Shown here piece after piece: positions 1-12,593 of a stretch of DNA of 64,000 bases. This stretch comes from an uncultured Alphaproteobacteria bacterium (GTDB lineage Bacteria > Pseudomonadota > Alphaproteobacteria > Rs-D84 > CACZYB01): positions 22,758 to 86,757 of the forward strand of contig CALXYK010000010.1 in the NCBI GenBank assembly GCA_944392955.1, given 5' to 3'. The stretch's first letter is position 1. The number at the start of each line of letters is the position of its first letter. Made by a program: the position numbers and the translations under genes. The notes beneath the pieces were generated by a model. The model did not search any database, had not been told where the DNA came from, and saw nothing but the letters and a program-made list of their open reading frames with translations.

Positions 1-26
1 AAGAAAAATATTTATGGATTTAGATA

Positions 27-578
27 ATGTTGATAGATATTAAAGAAAAATTAAATAAGCCTATTGTTATAGTGGGGTTGATGGGGGCTGGAAAAACATC
101 TGTTGGAAAGATGATTTCCAAAAAACTTTCCTTGCCTTTTGTTGATTCTGATAGTGAGATAGTAAGTTCGGCTGGTTGTTCTGTTGTTGATATTTTTTCT
201 ATATACGGGGAACAAGAATTTAGACGGGTAGAAGACAGGGTTATAAATAGAATACTTTCTGATGAAAAAATAAAAGTTTTATCAACTGGTGAAGGGGCTT
301 TTATAATAGATAGTGTTAGACAACTAACTAAGGAAAAAGCTATTACAATATGGTTAAAGGCAGATTTGGATTTGTTAGTAAAAAGGACCAGTTTCAAAGA
401 TACACGCCCTCTTTTGCTTAATTATGACTCTTCTAAAATCTTAAAAAAACTTATTGAAGAACGTTATCCAATATATGCAAATGCAGATATCACTGTTGAA
501 ACAAAAGACGAGCCTACCTATAAAACAACTCAGAATGTATTAAAGGCTTTGCATTCATTCTTAAAAAAAAGGGGTTAA
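27..578 (+). CDS. aroK: Shikimate kinase
   Basis: Walker A GLMGAGKT, FVDSD, FRRVE, RPLL, RYPIY motifs. Confidence 0.93.
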   Translation: MLIDIKEKLNKPIVIVGLMGAGKTSVGKMISKKLSLPFVDSDSEIVSSAGCSVVDIFSIYGEQEFRRVEDRVINRILSDEKIKVLSTGEGAFIIDSVRQLTKEKAITIWLKADLDLLVKRTSFKDTRPLLLNYDSSKILKKLIEERYPIYANADITVETKDEPTYKTTQNVLKALHSFLKKRG

Positions 579-579
579 A

Positions 580-1080
580 ATGAAATTGTTTAAATATTTA
601 TCTATATTTTTATTGATTTGTTCCTGTGGATTTAAACCTATGTATAAGGAAACACCATACAATAATCTATCAGAAAAAACCGCATCTATTGCAATTTCAC
701 CAGTTAAAGTTTTTGATGGTGCCTATGGTGTAGAACTTCGTAATAAATTGCTTAATAAACTTACACCTTTGGGAAAACCTGAAAATCCTAAATACATTTT
801 GGACATTACTTTATCAGAGCCTAATATCTTAGATTATACTATAAAAACTGATGGAACCGCTTCTTCTTATCTTGTTAAAATGTATGCAGTTTATACCTTA
901 AAACAGAAAAAGGATTTCAAAGTTTTATTTACAAAAACAGCAAATGCTGAAATTTCCTATAACATTTTGAAAAACCAATTTTCAACCGAAATGTTAAAGA
1001 AAAATGCTATAAAATTGACTATTGATGATTTGGCGAATCAAATTTATTTTGCGGTTATAACTTATTTTACTGAAAGATAA
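580..1080 (+). CDS. lptE: LPS-assembly lipoprotein LptE
   Basis: Lipobox-like signal ending CSCGFKPMY; directly upstream of holA. Confidence 0.8.
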   Translation: MKLFKYLSIFLLICSCGFKPMYKETPYNNLSEKTASIAISPVKVFDGAYGVELRNKLLNKLTPLGKPENPKYILDITLSEPNILDYTIKTDGTASSYLVKMYAVYTLKQKKDFKVLFTKTANAEISYNILKNQFSTEMLKKNAIKLTIDDLANQIYFAVITYFTER

Positions 1081-1082
1081 AA

Positions 1083-2117
1083 ATGGTGAAATTTAAACTT
1101 GCTGATTTTAACAATGCAAAAAAAAATAAATTTTCCGAATTTGATGCTATATTGTTTTATGGGCAAGATAGAGGGCAAGTATTAGAAAATTTTAATATTG
1201 CAATGGAAACTATTGCTCCGGAAATTGATGATGGATTTTCTGTGTTTGAATTTTCTTCGTCAGATATTAAACAAGATCCATCAAAGTTAATTGATGAAGC
1301 AACTGCTATATCATTTTTAGGAACTAGAAAAGTTATCAAAATTAAAGATGCAAATGAAGATGTTGTAGAACCATTGAAACTTTTATTAAAGAACTATCAA
1401 AAATTAGAGGCATTTATCATTCTATCAGCAGATGAATTATCTCCTTCGTCAAAATTAAGGTCGTTGTTTGAAACTAATAAAAGATTGGCTGTTTTACCAA
1501 ATTATATAGATACTGATGAAAACCTTTCTTTTATAATAAAGGATACTTTGGCAAAGTCTGGAATAAAAAGAATACCTGACGAAGTTTTAATGTTTTTAAG
1601 ATCAAAATTAGGTGAAAATCGTGCAACTACACGAATGGAACTTGAAAAACTTGCGTTGTTTTTATACCCCAAAACTGAAATATCCATTGATGATGCTCAG
1701 AAATGTATTATGGACTCTTCTAGCATCACTTTGCAAGATTTGCCTTTGGCTATTGCTGATGGAAATAATAAAAAATTGTTCAGTGTATTATCAAGGCTTT
1801 TATCAGAAGGAAACAACCCTATTGACTTATTAAAAATTGTATTAAACCATTTTAAAAATCTTTACTATATGGCTTCGCAAATTGAAACGGGTATGTCAAT
1901 TTCAAGTGTGATTGAAAATTCTAAGCCTCCTATATTTTTTAAATTAAAACCAAGTTATGAGAGGCAACTTAGGTTTTGGACAACCGAAAAAATAATAAAG
2001 GTTATATCAGAAATAAATACTGCGGATATTCGTTGTAAATCCGTTAATATGCCACAGGAAACTATTGTTTCTCAGTTATTTTTTATGATATGTTCAATTG
2101 CTTCTAAAAGGATATAG
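1083..2117 (+). CDS. holA: DNA polymerase III delta subunit
   Basis: LFYGQD, SKLRSLFE, ELEKLALF, PPIFFK motifs; 344 aa. Confidence 0.9.
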   Translation: MVKFKLADFNNAKKNKFSEFDAILFYGQDRGQVLENFNIAMETIAPEIDDGFSVFEFSSSDIKQDPSKLIDEATAISFLGTRKVIKIKDANEDVVEPLKLLLKNYQKLEAFIILSADELSPSSKLRSLFETNKRLAVLPNYIDTDENLSFIIKDTLAKSGIKRIPDEVLMFLRSKLGENRATTRMELEKLALFLYPKTEISIDDAQKCIMDSSSITLQDLPLAIADGNNKKLFSVLSRLLSEGNNPIDLLKIVLNHFKNLYYMASQIETGMSISSVIENSKPPIFFKLKPSYERQLRFWTTEKIIKVISEINTADIRCKSVNMPQETIVSQLFFMICSIASKRI

Positions 2118-2119
2118 GT

Positions 2120-3975
<1,856 letters not shown>

Positions 3976-4121
3976 TTAATTATTAAAACAAAAAACGAAT
4001 CTTTAAAAATTAAAGATATCTTGAATTTATAATTTTATATGTTGCAAATATTAAAAGATAATATCCGTAATATAGAATCAAATTTTCTAAAATTTTATTT
4101 CTCCTTTTGCCTTATTTTGCA

Positions 4122-4149
4122 ATTGTATCATAAAAAAATGATTATTCAA
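4122..4149 (-). promoter_or_regulatory. Putative sigma70 promoter of tgt
   Basis: TTGAAT-16 nt-TACAAT with extended TG on the minus strand. Confidence 0.45.
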
Positions 4150-4296
4150 GTTTTTAATAATATCCTTGTAAACCTTTGAAAAAAGCTTTTGTTTATTAGA
4201 TATTTTATTTCTATTTTTAATATAAAATTAAATTTTTTACAATTTTAGGTTGTATTTATGAAATAATTCTATTATAATTAGAATCGGAGGTGCAAA

Positions 4297-4818
4297 ATGT
4301 TAAAGAAAATAAAAAGCACAAAATTAGTATGGAAAAACAAAACCTTTTCAATTAACGATTTATTATTATGTATTTTATTCATCCTTATTTGTGATTTTGT
4401 TGGATACATAAGTAGTTTGTTCCAGACAGAAAGTCTTAGGGCATGGTATCCTTTGCTTAATAAATCTTTATTTACACCTCCACCTTTTGTATTTCCTGCT
4501 GTATGGGGATTGCTTTACACTATTATTGGGATTTCAACATTCCTTGCCTTTAAAAATGCAATGAAAGAAGATAAAATTTATGTTTTATTTATTTTCTTTG
4601 CACAACTTTGTTTTAACTTTTTGTGGACTTTGTTCTTTTTTGGAATGAGAGCCCCTATTTTAGCATTTGTAGAACTTTTATTTTTTATTTTGATAGTAGT
4701 TAGTATGATGAAATTATATAAAAAATTAAGTTTTACTTCTTACATACTTCTTTATCCATATTTATTTTGGCTATTATTTGCCACATATCTTAATTTTTTT
4801 ATAATTTTGAAAAATTAA
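4297..4818 (+). CDS. tspO: TspO/MBR tryptophan-rich sensory protein
   Basis: WYPLLNK, PPPFVFPAVW, NFLWTLFFFG, PYLFWLLFATYLN. Confidence 0.92.
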   Translation: MLKKIKSTKLVWKNKTFSINDLLLCILFILICDFVGYISSLFQTESLRAWYPLLNKSLFTPPPFVFPAVWGLLYTIIGISTFLAFKNAMKEDKIYVLFIFFAQLCFNFLWTLFFFGMRAPILAFVELLFFILIVVSMMKLYKKLSFTSYILLYPYLFWLLFATYLNFFIILKN

Positions 4819-4865
4819 ATTCTTTTTTCTTAAAATATAAGTTACGATAAAAAGGTTAAAAAAAA

Positions 4866-5516
4866 ATGAGGTCGAATATGATATCAACAATAAAACAAGC
4901 CACACAAAATATACTTTCTAGATTAAACTGGAAAGTATACCATTCGACAATATTTTCTATTATAACCTTTTTATCTGTAATCCCATGCACAATCTTTCTT
5001 CCGGAAAGGTTTGCATGGGAAAATTCATGGATTGAAAATTCTCAGTTGGTTATATTGGCAATCACATTTTATATCGCCATTAAATCTAATTATAACAAAA
5101 AATTTTTTAATTGGATTGCAATGATTGCCGTAATATTGTTTTTAAGAGAAATTAGTTATGGTAGAGCATTATTCCCAAAAGAAGAATTTGTTAATGTTTT
5201 TAAATCCTGGGATGAAATTTTACCTATGTGTCCTTGGCTATCAATAACATTATACATTTCATTTATGGTTTATTCCTTGTTTTATTTCTTTAAAAACAGA
5301 TTATGTTATGATGTTATAGGTTATGTAAAATCTGCAAAAATAGCAGGTTGGGATTTTTCATTTTTATTTATAGGAATAATAGTAGGAACTATAAGCGAAT
5401 CGTATTTGCATAATGAACCTTTGGAAGAAATGACAGAAACCTTGTTTTATGTTGCATTCATGAGTATTATTTGGATATATTCCAATGTACCTATTTTCCA
5501 TTTAAATAAAAAATAA
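4866..5516 (+). CDS. Uncharacterised integral membrane protein
   Basis: About 6 hydrophobic segments; WENSWIENSQ, LREISYG, EEMTE acidic motifs. Confidence 0.7.
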   Translation: MRSNMISTIKQATQNILSRLNWKVYHSTIFSIITFLSVIPCTIFLPERFAWENSWIENSQLVILAITFYIAIKSNYNKKFFNWIAMIAVILFLREISYGRALFPKEEFVNVFKSWDEILPMCPWLSITLYISFMVYSLFYFFKNRLCYDVIGYVKSAKIAGWDFSFLFIGIIVGTISESYLHNEPLEEMTETLFYVAFMSIIWIYSNVPIFHLNKK

Positions 5517-5545
5517 AAAACTGCTTATGAAAAGCAGTTTTTTTT
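5515..5545. terminator. Bidirectional intrinsic terminator
   Basis: AAAAAACTGCTT-atgaa-AAGCAGTTTTTT between convergent genes. Confidence 0.8.
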
Positions 5546-5560
5546 AAAGAATTCTCTTTT

Positions 5561-7192
5561 CTATTTTTTCAAACAAATTTTTACCAAAGCATCAAATAAA
5601 GGTGCTACTGCAAAAGGTCTTGACTTAAATTCAGGATGGAATTGAACTGCAATAAAAAATTTATGTGCAGGAATTTCTATTATTTCTGGCAATTTTCCAT
5701 CTGGAGATTTTCCACTTATTACAACACCTTTTGATTTTAATTCGTCTTCGTATTTTATATCCATTTCATAGCGATGACGATGGCGTTCTGAAATTTCGGT
5801 TGCACCGCCATAAACTTTACTTGCCAAAGAATCAGGTAATAGTTTGGAAATATATGCACCAAGTCTTAATGTGCCACCTTTGTCAGTATTTTCATCCCTT
5901 ATCTCTTTTTTACCATCTTTTTCCCATTCTGTTACAAGAGATATTACAGGGGTGCATTCAGACATAAATTCCGTTGAATTGGCATCTTTGATACCCAATA
6001 AATGACGAGCCATTTCTATAACAGCAACCTGCATACCCAAACAAATACCAAGGTAAGGAATGTTATGAATTCGTGCATATTCCGCTGCCTTAATTTTTCC
6101 TTCTACACCACGATGTCCGAATCCTCCAGGCACGATTATCCCATCAACATCGGAAAATATATTTTCTATTTCTGTAGGATTCATTTCTTCTAAATGTTCG
6201 GAATTTATCCATTTGATATTTACCTTTGTTTCATTTGATATTCCTGCATGAGCAAGGGCTTCGTTCAAAGATTTATATGCATCAGGGAATCCACAATATT
6301 TTGCCACTATTCCTATTGTAATATTATGTTTCCAATTTCCCAACACATTTGAAATTTTTATCCATTTTTCAAAATCTGGCTCATTTGAAACAGATAATAA
6401 ATTGAAATAGTTTAAAATTCTATCATCAAGATGCTCCTTATGATAAACTGCTGGAATTTTGTATATGTTATCAGTATCAGGAGCAGAAATAACATCTTCT
6501 GGCTTTACATTACAAAACATTGCAATTTTCTTTTTTTCATTTTCAGGAATTAACACATCACTACGGCATAAAATTATATTAGGAGAAAGTCCCATTTCTA
6601 ATAATTTACGAACAGATTGTTGTGTTGGTTTGGTTTTTACCTCTGATGCGGTTTTTATATAAGGCACCAAAGTTAAATGTATCAATAATACATTATCTCT
6701 TCCTACCTCGTTCATAAATTGTCTTATACCTTCAAGGAAAAGGAAACCTTCCATATCACCTACGGTTCCACCTATTTCATAAATAACAAAATCTTCGCCA
6801 TGCAAGTCAGATTTAATAAATCTTTTTACCTCGTCGGTTATATGAGGGATAGACTGAACCGTTGCACCAAGATATTCCCCCTGTCTTTCCTTAGTCAAGA
6901 CATTCCAATAAATACGTCCTCCGGAAATACTATCACTTTTATGACAAGAAGAACCTGTAAACCTTTCGTAATGGCCCAAATCTAAATCTGTTTCAGCACC
7001 ATCATCTGTCACAAAAACTTCACCATGTTGAAATGGGGACATTGTGCCAGGATCAACATTTAGGTATGGATCCATTTTTCTTTGACGAACCGTAAAACCA
7101 CGAGATTGCAATAAAGCACCAATAGATGCAGAGGCAATACCCTTTCCCAATGATGAAATGACTCCTCCTGTTATAAAAATATACTTTGTCAT
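5561..7192 (-). CDS. pyrG: CTP synthase
   Basis: GGVISSLGKG, KTKPTQ, GICLGMQ, ERHRHRYE, QFHPE. Confidence 0.98.
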   Translation of the reverse strand: MTKYIFITGGVISSLGKGIASASIGALLQSRGFTVRQRKMDPYLNVDPGTMSPFQHGEVFVTDDGAETDLDLGHYERFTGSSCHKSDSISGGRIYWNVLTKERQGEYLGATVQSIPHITDEVKRFIKSDLHGEDFVIYEIGGTVGDMEGFLFLEGIRQFMNEVGRDNVLLIHLTLVPYIKTASEVKTKPTQQSVRKLLEMGLSPNIILCRSDVLIPENEKKKIAMFCNVKPEDVISAPDTDNIYKIPAVYHKEHLDDRILNYFNLLSVSNEPDFEKWIKISNVLGNWKHNITIGIVAKYCGFPDAYKSLNEALAHAGISNETKVNIKWINSEHLEEMNPTEIENIFSDVDGIIVPGGFGHRGVEGKIKAAEYARIHNIPYLGICLGMQVAVIEMARHLLGIKDANSTEFMSECTPVISLVTEWEKDGKKEIRDENTDKGGTLRLGAYISKLLPDSLASKVYGGATEISERHRHRYEMDIKYEDELKSKGVVISGKSPDGKLPEIIEIPAHKFFIAVQFHPEFKSRPFAVAPLFDALVKICLKK

Positions 7193-7261
7193 AAGATTCT
7201 CCTTTTCCTATTTACTATAATCCTAATATATATACTTAATTTCCTATATGCAAGAAAAGTT

Positions 7262-7705
7262 TTAATGGAACATATCATATCCATTTTGAGACATAATATA
7301 CTTTAACTTTTCTAATAAAGATGCATCCTCTTTTCGTTTTTTGATATTTGTTGAATTGGTATGAGTTAAATTCTGGCTAAGTTTTAAAATATATGGAATA
7401 GTAATAGAAAGTAATCTATTTTTAAATTCATTTATTATTTCTTTATCCTTTACATTATAATCAGAAAATTTACTCAATTTCGCATAATCTTCTGTTATAA
7501 CAATAATTTTATTGTCATCCAACAAATCTAATCTAAAATTACCCGTTGATAAAATTTCAGCCAGTTTGAATCTTAATTCAGGAAGTGTTGATTTAAGTTC
7601 TATTTTTTTACAGGAAAATGTCATTACATTTTCACCAATAAAATATTCTATTTGTTCTACATTACTTGGGAAAATATAACAAGAGTATTTATTTTTTGAA
7701 TTCAT
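7262..7705 (-). CDS. Hypothetical protein
   Basis: 147-aa ORF with no recognised motif. Confidence 0.55.
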   Translation of the reverse strand: MNSKNKYSCYIFPSNVEQIEYFIGENVMTFSCKKIELKSTLPELRFKLAEILSTGNFRLDLLDDNKIIVITEDYAKLSKFSDYNVKDKEIINEFKNRLLSITIPYILKLSQNLTHTNSTNIKKRKEDASLLEKLKYIMSQNGYDMFH

Positions 7706-7724
7706 GTTTAAACCTTTATTTCTA

Positions 7725-7758
7725 AAATAAAGCCCCCTATGTTTAGGGGGTGATTTAT
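7725..7758 (-). terminator. Hairpin after rplQ, likely the end of the ribosomal operon
   Basis: CCCCCTA/TAGGGGG stem followed by TTTATTTT on the minus strand. Confidence 0.6.
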
Positions 7759-7761
7759 TCT

Positions 7762-8322
7762 TTATTGTCCGATAACTTTTCTGTGTGATGTTGCCTTTGG
7801 TGTGGTGCCCTTTGTCTTAAGCTTTACATCAGAGGACTTAACATCCTTTACTTTCTTTGTATCTTGTTTTGATACTTCCTTTTTGGCCTCCGGAGCATCC
7901 TTTGCCTTTTCAGATTGTTTTTTAGATGCAATATCATTTTTTTGACGAAGACCTTTTGCATTAACATCTCTGTCAACAAATTCTATTATTCCCATAGGTG
8001 CACAATCGCCGTAGCGGAGACCTGCCTTTATTACACGGGTATATCCACCATTTCTTTTTTCATATCTTTTTCCAAGAACATCAAAAAGTTTTTTTACAGC
8101 TTCTTCTGAACGTAAAAATGCAAGGGCTTCCCTTCTTGCTGCCAAAGAGTTTTTCTTTGCTATTGTTATCATTTTATCCGCAAAAGATCTTAAATCCTTT
8201 GCCTTTGGTAAGGTTGTTGTTATTTGTTCATGTTCTATAAGTGAACATACCAAATTAGAAAACAATGCCTTTCTATGCGATGTTGGTCTGTTAAGTTTTC
8301 TTCCACTAATATTATGTCTCAT
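7762..8322 (-). CDS. rplQ: 50S ribosomal protein L17 with Lys-rich C-terminal extension
   Basis: [28 protein letters not shown]. Confidence 0.97.
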   Translation of the reverse strand: MRHNISGRKLNRPTSHRKALFSNLVCSLIEHEQITTTLPKAKDLRSFADKMITIAKKNSLAARREALAFLRSEEAVKKLFDVLGKRYEKRNGGYTRVIKAGLRYGDCAPMGIIEFVDRDVNAKGLRQKNDIASKKQSEKAKDAPEAKKEVSKQDTKKVKDVKSSDVKLKTKGTTPKATSHRKVIGQ

Positions 8323-8399
8323 TTTTATCCTCTTTGACTTGTAGTGTTGACGGGCAACACGGATTAAACTTTGATATTACAGAAAAATCTAATAATATC

Positions 8400-8591
8400 C
8401 TATTTTTTACCTTTCTCAGAACCTTTTATTATATCTGCACTAAGGTAATGGTGGGTGCCTGCAACTGCCTTTTCTGATAAAGATGCAGCACCTTTTAAAA
8501 AATATCCGTTCATAGCAGAAACAAGAAGAAAGCAAGCGAATATAATCTTGAATATACTCCACCAAATACTTTGTTCTTTTTTTTCTGCCAT
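8400..8591 (-). CDS. Small single-TM hypothetical protein between rpoA and rplQ
   Basis: 63-aa ORF with AAGG RBS and a hydrophobic N-terminal segment. Confidence 0.6.
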   Translation of the reverse strand: MAEKKEQSIWWSIFKIIFACFLLVSAMNGYFLKGAASLSEKAVAGTHHYLSADIIKGSEKGKK

Positions 8592-8604
8592 AAACTAACC
8601 TTTA

Positions 8605-9624
8605 TTATTTATATGGATTTTCAAATTTCTTTGAAAGTTCCTCTATATTCTCTGGTGGCCATCCTGGAACATCCATTCCTAGATATAGTCCCATAAGTCC
8701 AAGTTGTTCCTTTATCTCGTTCAAAGACTTTCTTCCGAAGTTTGGTGTTTTTAACATATCATTTTCTGTCTTTTGAACAAGTTCACCTATGTAAGTGATA
8801 TTATCATTTTTCAAGCAATTATTTGCTCTTACTGATAATTCAAGTTCATCAACTTTTTTAAGTAATACTTTGTTGAATGGAAGTTCTTCTTCTACTTCTT
8901 CTTTCTTAACAACTTCTGGATCTTCAAAATTTACGAATAAATCTAATTGATCTATTAAAATTCTTGCAGAAAGTGCAAGAGCATCTTCTGGTTTTACAGA
9001 TCCGTCAGTTTTAATTGTCATCAAAAGTTTATCATAATCTGTCTTCTGACCAACACGAGCCTGTTCAACATTTGAAGCAACATTTAAAACTGGTGAGAAA
9101 ATAGAATCTACTGCAATATAACCTATTGGCATATCAGGTTTTTTGTTTTCTTCTGCTGTTTTATATCCCTTTCCATTTTCAACAAAAAATTCCATTGAAA
9201 GGTTTGCTGTGCTGTCAAGATGGCAAAGAACTAAATCTTTGTTTATAACTTCTACATCATTAGATGTTTCAATCATTCCTGCGGTTACAACCTGTGCACC
9301 TGAAACATTTAATGTCATCTTTTTAGGATGTTCAGATTCTGATTTTAAAACTATTTGTTTTACATTCAAAACTAGGTCTATAACATCTTCCTTTACACCA
9401 GGAATAGAGCCAAATTCATGTAAAACACCATCTATTTTTATTCCAACTACTGCTGTTCCTTGTAAAGATGAAAGAAGGACTCTGCGAAGGGCTGTACCCA
9501 ATGTCAATCCAAATCCCTTTTCCAAAGGTTCTGCAACAAGTGTAGCAACATTTTTATTTGTGTCTTCTTTTTCTATTACTACCTTTTCTGGTTTTATCAA
9601 TTCTAGCCAATTATTTTGTATCAA
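8605..9624 (-). CDS. rpoA: RNA polymerase alpha subunit (likely TTG start at 9624)
   Basis: (M)[38 protein letters not shown]; GGGGG SD before TTG. Confidence 0.97.
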   Translation of the reverse strand: MIQNNWLELIKPEKVVIEKEDTNKNVATLVAEPLEKGFGLTLGTALRRVLLSSLQGTAVVGIKIDGVLHEFGSIPGVKEDVIDLVLNVKQIVLKSESEHPKKMTLNVSGAQVVTAGMIETSNDVEVINKDLVLCHLDSTANLSMEFFVENGKGYKTAEENKKPDMPIGYIAVDSIFSPVLNVASNVEQARVGQKTDYDKLLMTIKTDGSVKPEDALALSARILIDQLDLFVNFEDPEVVKKEEVEEELPFNKVLLKKVDELELSVRANNCLKNDNITYIGELVQKTENDMLKTPNFGRKSLNEIKEQLGLMGLYLGMDVPGWPPENIEELSKKFENPYK

Positions 9625-9662
9625 TTTCGCCCCCATCTTTATATGGTTTAAACTTTTATATA

Positions 9663-10052
9663 TTAAACTCTTCTTGGTTTCTTTGCACGACAACCATTAT
9701 GTGGTATCTTTGTTATATCTGTAATACCATTGATTGTAATACCAAGTGATTGCAATGTTCTGACTGCTGATTCTCTACCTGAGCCAGGACCTTCCAATTT
9801 TACATCAAGATAACGGATACCATTTTCCATAGCCTTTCTTCCTGCATTTTCTGCTGTTACTTGAGCTGCGTATGGTGTGGATTTTTTTGCGCCGTTGAAA
9901 CTATTTGCACCAGCCGTAGACCATGATATAACATTTCCTTGCATGTCGGTAATTGTTACCCTTGTATTATTAAATGTTGCAAGTATATATGCTATACCAT
10001 TAGAGATATTTTTCTTTTCTTTTTTCTTTGTTAAACCTTTGTTATCAGCCAT
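9663..10052 (-). CDS. rpsK: 30S ribosomal protein S11
   Basis: [24 protein letters not shown]. Confidence 0.97.
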   Translation of the reverse strand: MADNKGLTKKKEKKNISNGIAYILATFNNTRVTITDMQGNVISWSTAGANSFNGAKKSTPYAAQVTAENAGRKAMENGIRYLDVKLEGPGSGRESAVRTLQSLGITINGITDITKIPHNGCRAKKPRRV

Positions 10053-10070
10053 TTTAACTTTTCCTTTTAA

Positions 10071-10448
10071 TTATTTTGTAACTTTCTTCTTTCCTGCTAC
10101 TGGAATCGCCTTACCTTTTCTTGTTCTGGCATTGGTTTTTGTTCTTTGACCATGAACAGGAAGTTTCTTTGTATGACGAATTCCCTTATAACATCTCATA
10201 TCTTGAAGTCTTTTTATATTCATTGAGACTTCACGTCTTTTATCACCTTCAACCGAGAAGTTTTTATCTATATATTCGCGGATTTTAAATATTTCATCAT
10301 CGCTTAATTGATGAACGCGAACACTTGGTTTAATTTTTAATGCTGCACAAATTTTTTCTGCAGTCGCAGGACCTATTCCATAGATATAAGTCAATGCTAT
10401 ATTAACACATTTTTCGGTGGGTATATTTACACCTGCTATACGAGCCAA
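10071..10448 (-). CDS. rpsM: 30S ribosomal protein S13
   Basis: [27 protein letters not shown]. Confidence 0.97.
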   Translation of the reverse strand: MARIAGVNIPTEKCVNIALTYIYGIGPATAEKICAALKIKPSVRVHQLSDDEIFKIREYIDKNFSVEGDKRREVSMNIKRLQDMRCYKGIRHTKKLPVHGQRTKTNARTRKGKAIPVAGKKKVTK

Positions 10449-10546
10449 AATAATTCTCCTTGTTTATATTTTTCTTTGTTATTGTTCATTTTTACATCAA
10501 AAGATGTATATATATTAAGCATATTTTTTAATATGTCAATAATTTT

Positions 10547-11200
10547 TTAAAACAAAAGCTTTTCCAATTTTTCGGTAACCTCCTCTATTGAAAGATGAGA
10601 TGCGTCTACCTCCAATAATTTCTTTTTCTTGTTATAAAAATCAACTATTGGTTCAACTTCCGAATAATAATGTTGAAGCCTTGTTTTTATAATTTCTGGT
10701 TTGTCGTCATTTCTTCTTATAAAATCATGAGAGCCACAATTATCACAGACACCTTCTGTCTTTGTTTTATTAAATTCCTTATGATAATTTTGACCACATT
10801 TTGCACATGAAAAACGACCAGATATTCGTCTTACTATTTCATCTTCTGTTATATTTATCATAACAGCAGCATCTAACTTTATTCCAAATTCAAATAAAAT
10901 ATCTTCTAGAGCATAGACTTGGTTAATTGTTCTTGGGTATCCATCTAAAATAAACCCTTTGTTTAAATCTATCTTACCCAACATATCCTTTACTATTTCA
11001 TTAGTAAGATTATCTGGAACCAAAAAACCGCTGTCTATTATAACTTTGACCTTTTGTCCTAGTTCACTGCCTGATGAAATTGCATCTCTGAAAATTTGTC
11101 CTGTTGATAGATGCAATAATCCATATTTTTTTGAAATAATTTCAGCCTGTGTCCCCTTACCTGCGGCTATTGGGCCTATGAATGTATAATATTTACCCAT
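10547..11200 (-). CDS. adk: Adenylate kinase with Zn-lid
   Basis: AGKGTQA, GFILDGYPRT, CxxC...CxxC lid. Confidence 0.95.
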   Translation of the reverse strand: MGKYYTFIGPIAAGKGTQAEIISKKYGLLHLSTGQIFRDAISSGSELGQKVKVIIDSGFLVPDNLTNEIVKDMLGKIDLNKGFILDGYPRTINQVYALEDILFEFGIKLDAAVMINITEDEIVRRISGRFSCAKCGQNYHKEFNKTKTEGVCDNCGSHDFIRRNDDKPEIIKTRLQHYYSEVEPIVDFYNKKKKLLEVDASHLSIEEVTEKLEKLLF

Positions 11201-11204
11201 TTTA

Positions 11205-12566
11205 TTACCTTATAAATCTTCTTTTTACTTTTGTTGAAGAATTTTTTAATATTCCCTGATATTGATTAGATATCAAATAAGATTGTATCTGTGCAATAGT
11301 TTCAGTTATAACATTACATACAATCAATAATGTAGTTCCGCCTAGATAAAATGGAACACTAAATTTATTTATTAAAAAATCAGGAAGTAGACATAATGCA
11401 ACCAAATATATAGAACCAACCACAGTAATCCTTGTCAATACATAGTCAAGATATTCCGCTGTTGCCTTTCCTGGTCTTATTCCAGGGATAAAACCACCAT
11501 AATTTTTTAAATTTTCTGCAGTTTCTTCTGGATTAAATTGTATTGCAGTATAGAAAAATGAGAAAAATATTATAAGTCCTGCATAAATAAGGAAATATGT
11601 TATACTTTGTCTGTTTAATTGATTAGAGATAAATTGCAACCATTCAGGAGATTTATCAGATATAAACGAAGTTAACATTGCAGGAATTGCCAATAAAGAA
11701 CCAGCAAAAATTGGAGGAATAACACCTGCGGTATTTAATTTTAATGGCAAATGCGATGATGAAGATGAATAACCCGCAGCCATTATATTAGATTGTTTCG
11801 GATAATGTATCAAAATTCTTCGTTGAGCCTGTTCCATAAAAACAACAAATAATATCACTGCTGCTACTAAAACAATTAAAAGCAACATTACCAATGGTTG
11901 AATTTGACCAATCCTTCCTAATTCAACGGTTTTTGCCAACGCAGAAGGTAAATTAGCAATAATTCCAACAAAAATTATAAGAGAAGTTCCCTGTCCTATA
12001 CCTCTGGCTGAAATTTGCTCACCTAACCACATAACAAGCATTGTTCCACCCAAAAGGCTTATCATAGTTGAGAATCTGAAAAAATACCCTGGATTTATAA
12101 CTGCGGAAACTCCATCACGACCTGTTAAATGTTCCAAACCTACTGCTATTCCATATGCTTGTATCATACAAATCAGAACCGTTAAATAACGAGTATATTG
12201 ATTCATTTTTTCACGACCACTTTCACCTTCTTTCTTTAATTCCATCATTGATGGAGTTATACTTGCAAGAAGTGAAATTATTATGGATGCAGAAATGTAT
12301 GGCATAATATTCAAAGCAAAAATTGTCATTCTTGACAACGAACCACCAGTGAAAACATCAAACATATTCAATATTCCACCATTTGCTTGACTATCAAAAA
12401 ATGACTTTACTATTGATGCATCAATTCCAGGAAGTGGAATAAAAGATCCCAATCGGTAAATTATTAAAATAAGTAAAGAAAATAAAAGCCTATGTTTTAA
12501 ATCTTTCGCCTTTTTAAAATCATCAAAAGTTATGTTAGAAACTAATCTCTCTGCCAAAGATGCCAT
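11205..12566 (-). CDS. secY: Preprotein translocase SecY
   Basis: IMPYISASII, GVIPPIFA, FIPGIRPG; start placed at MASLAE. Confidence 0.97.
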   Translation of the reverse strand: MASLAERLVSNITFDDFKKAKDLKHRLLFSLLILIIYRLGSFIPLPGIDASIVKSFFDSQANGGILNMFDVFTGGSLSRMTIFALNIMPYISASIIISLLASITPSMMELKKEGESGREKMNQYTRYLTVLICMIQAYGIAVGLEHLTGRDGVSAVINPGYFFRFSTMISLLGGTMLVMWLGEQISARGIGQGTSLIIFVGIIANLPSALAKTVELGRIGQIQPLVMLLLIVLVAAVILFVVFMEQAQRRILIHYPKQSNIMAAGYSSSSSHLPLKLNTAGVIPPIFAGSLLAIPAMLTSFISDKSPEWLQFISNQLNRQSITYFLIYAGLIIFFSFFYTAIQFNPEETAENLKNYGGFIPGIRPGKATAEYLDYVLTRITVVGSIYLVALCLLPDFLINKFSVPFYLGGTTLLIVCNVITETIAQIQSYLISNQYQGILKNSSTKVKRRFIR

Positions 12567-12593
12567 AAGCCCCACCTCTTTTCTTAATTAATA

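Noticed and set aside
9625-9693. N-terminal extension of RpoA overlapping rpsK
   Set aside because: ORF-caller artefact; the SD-linked TTG at 9624 gives the usual MIQxNW start.
10449-11204. No infA, rpmJ or rpsD in the spc/alpha region
   Set aside because: Normal for alphaproteobacterial gene order.
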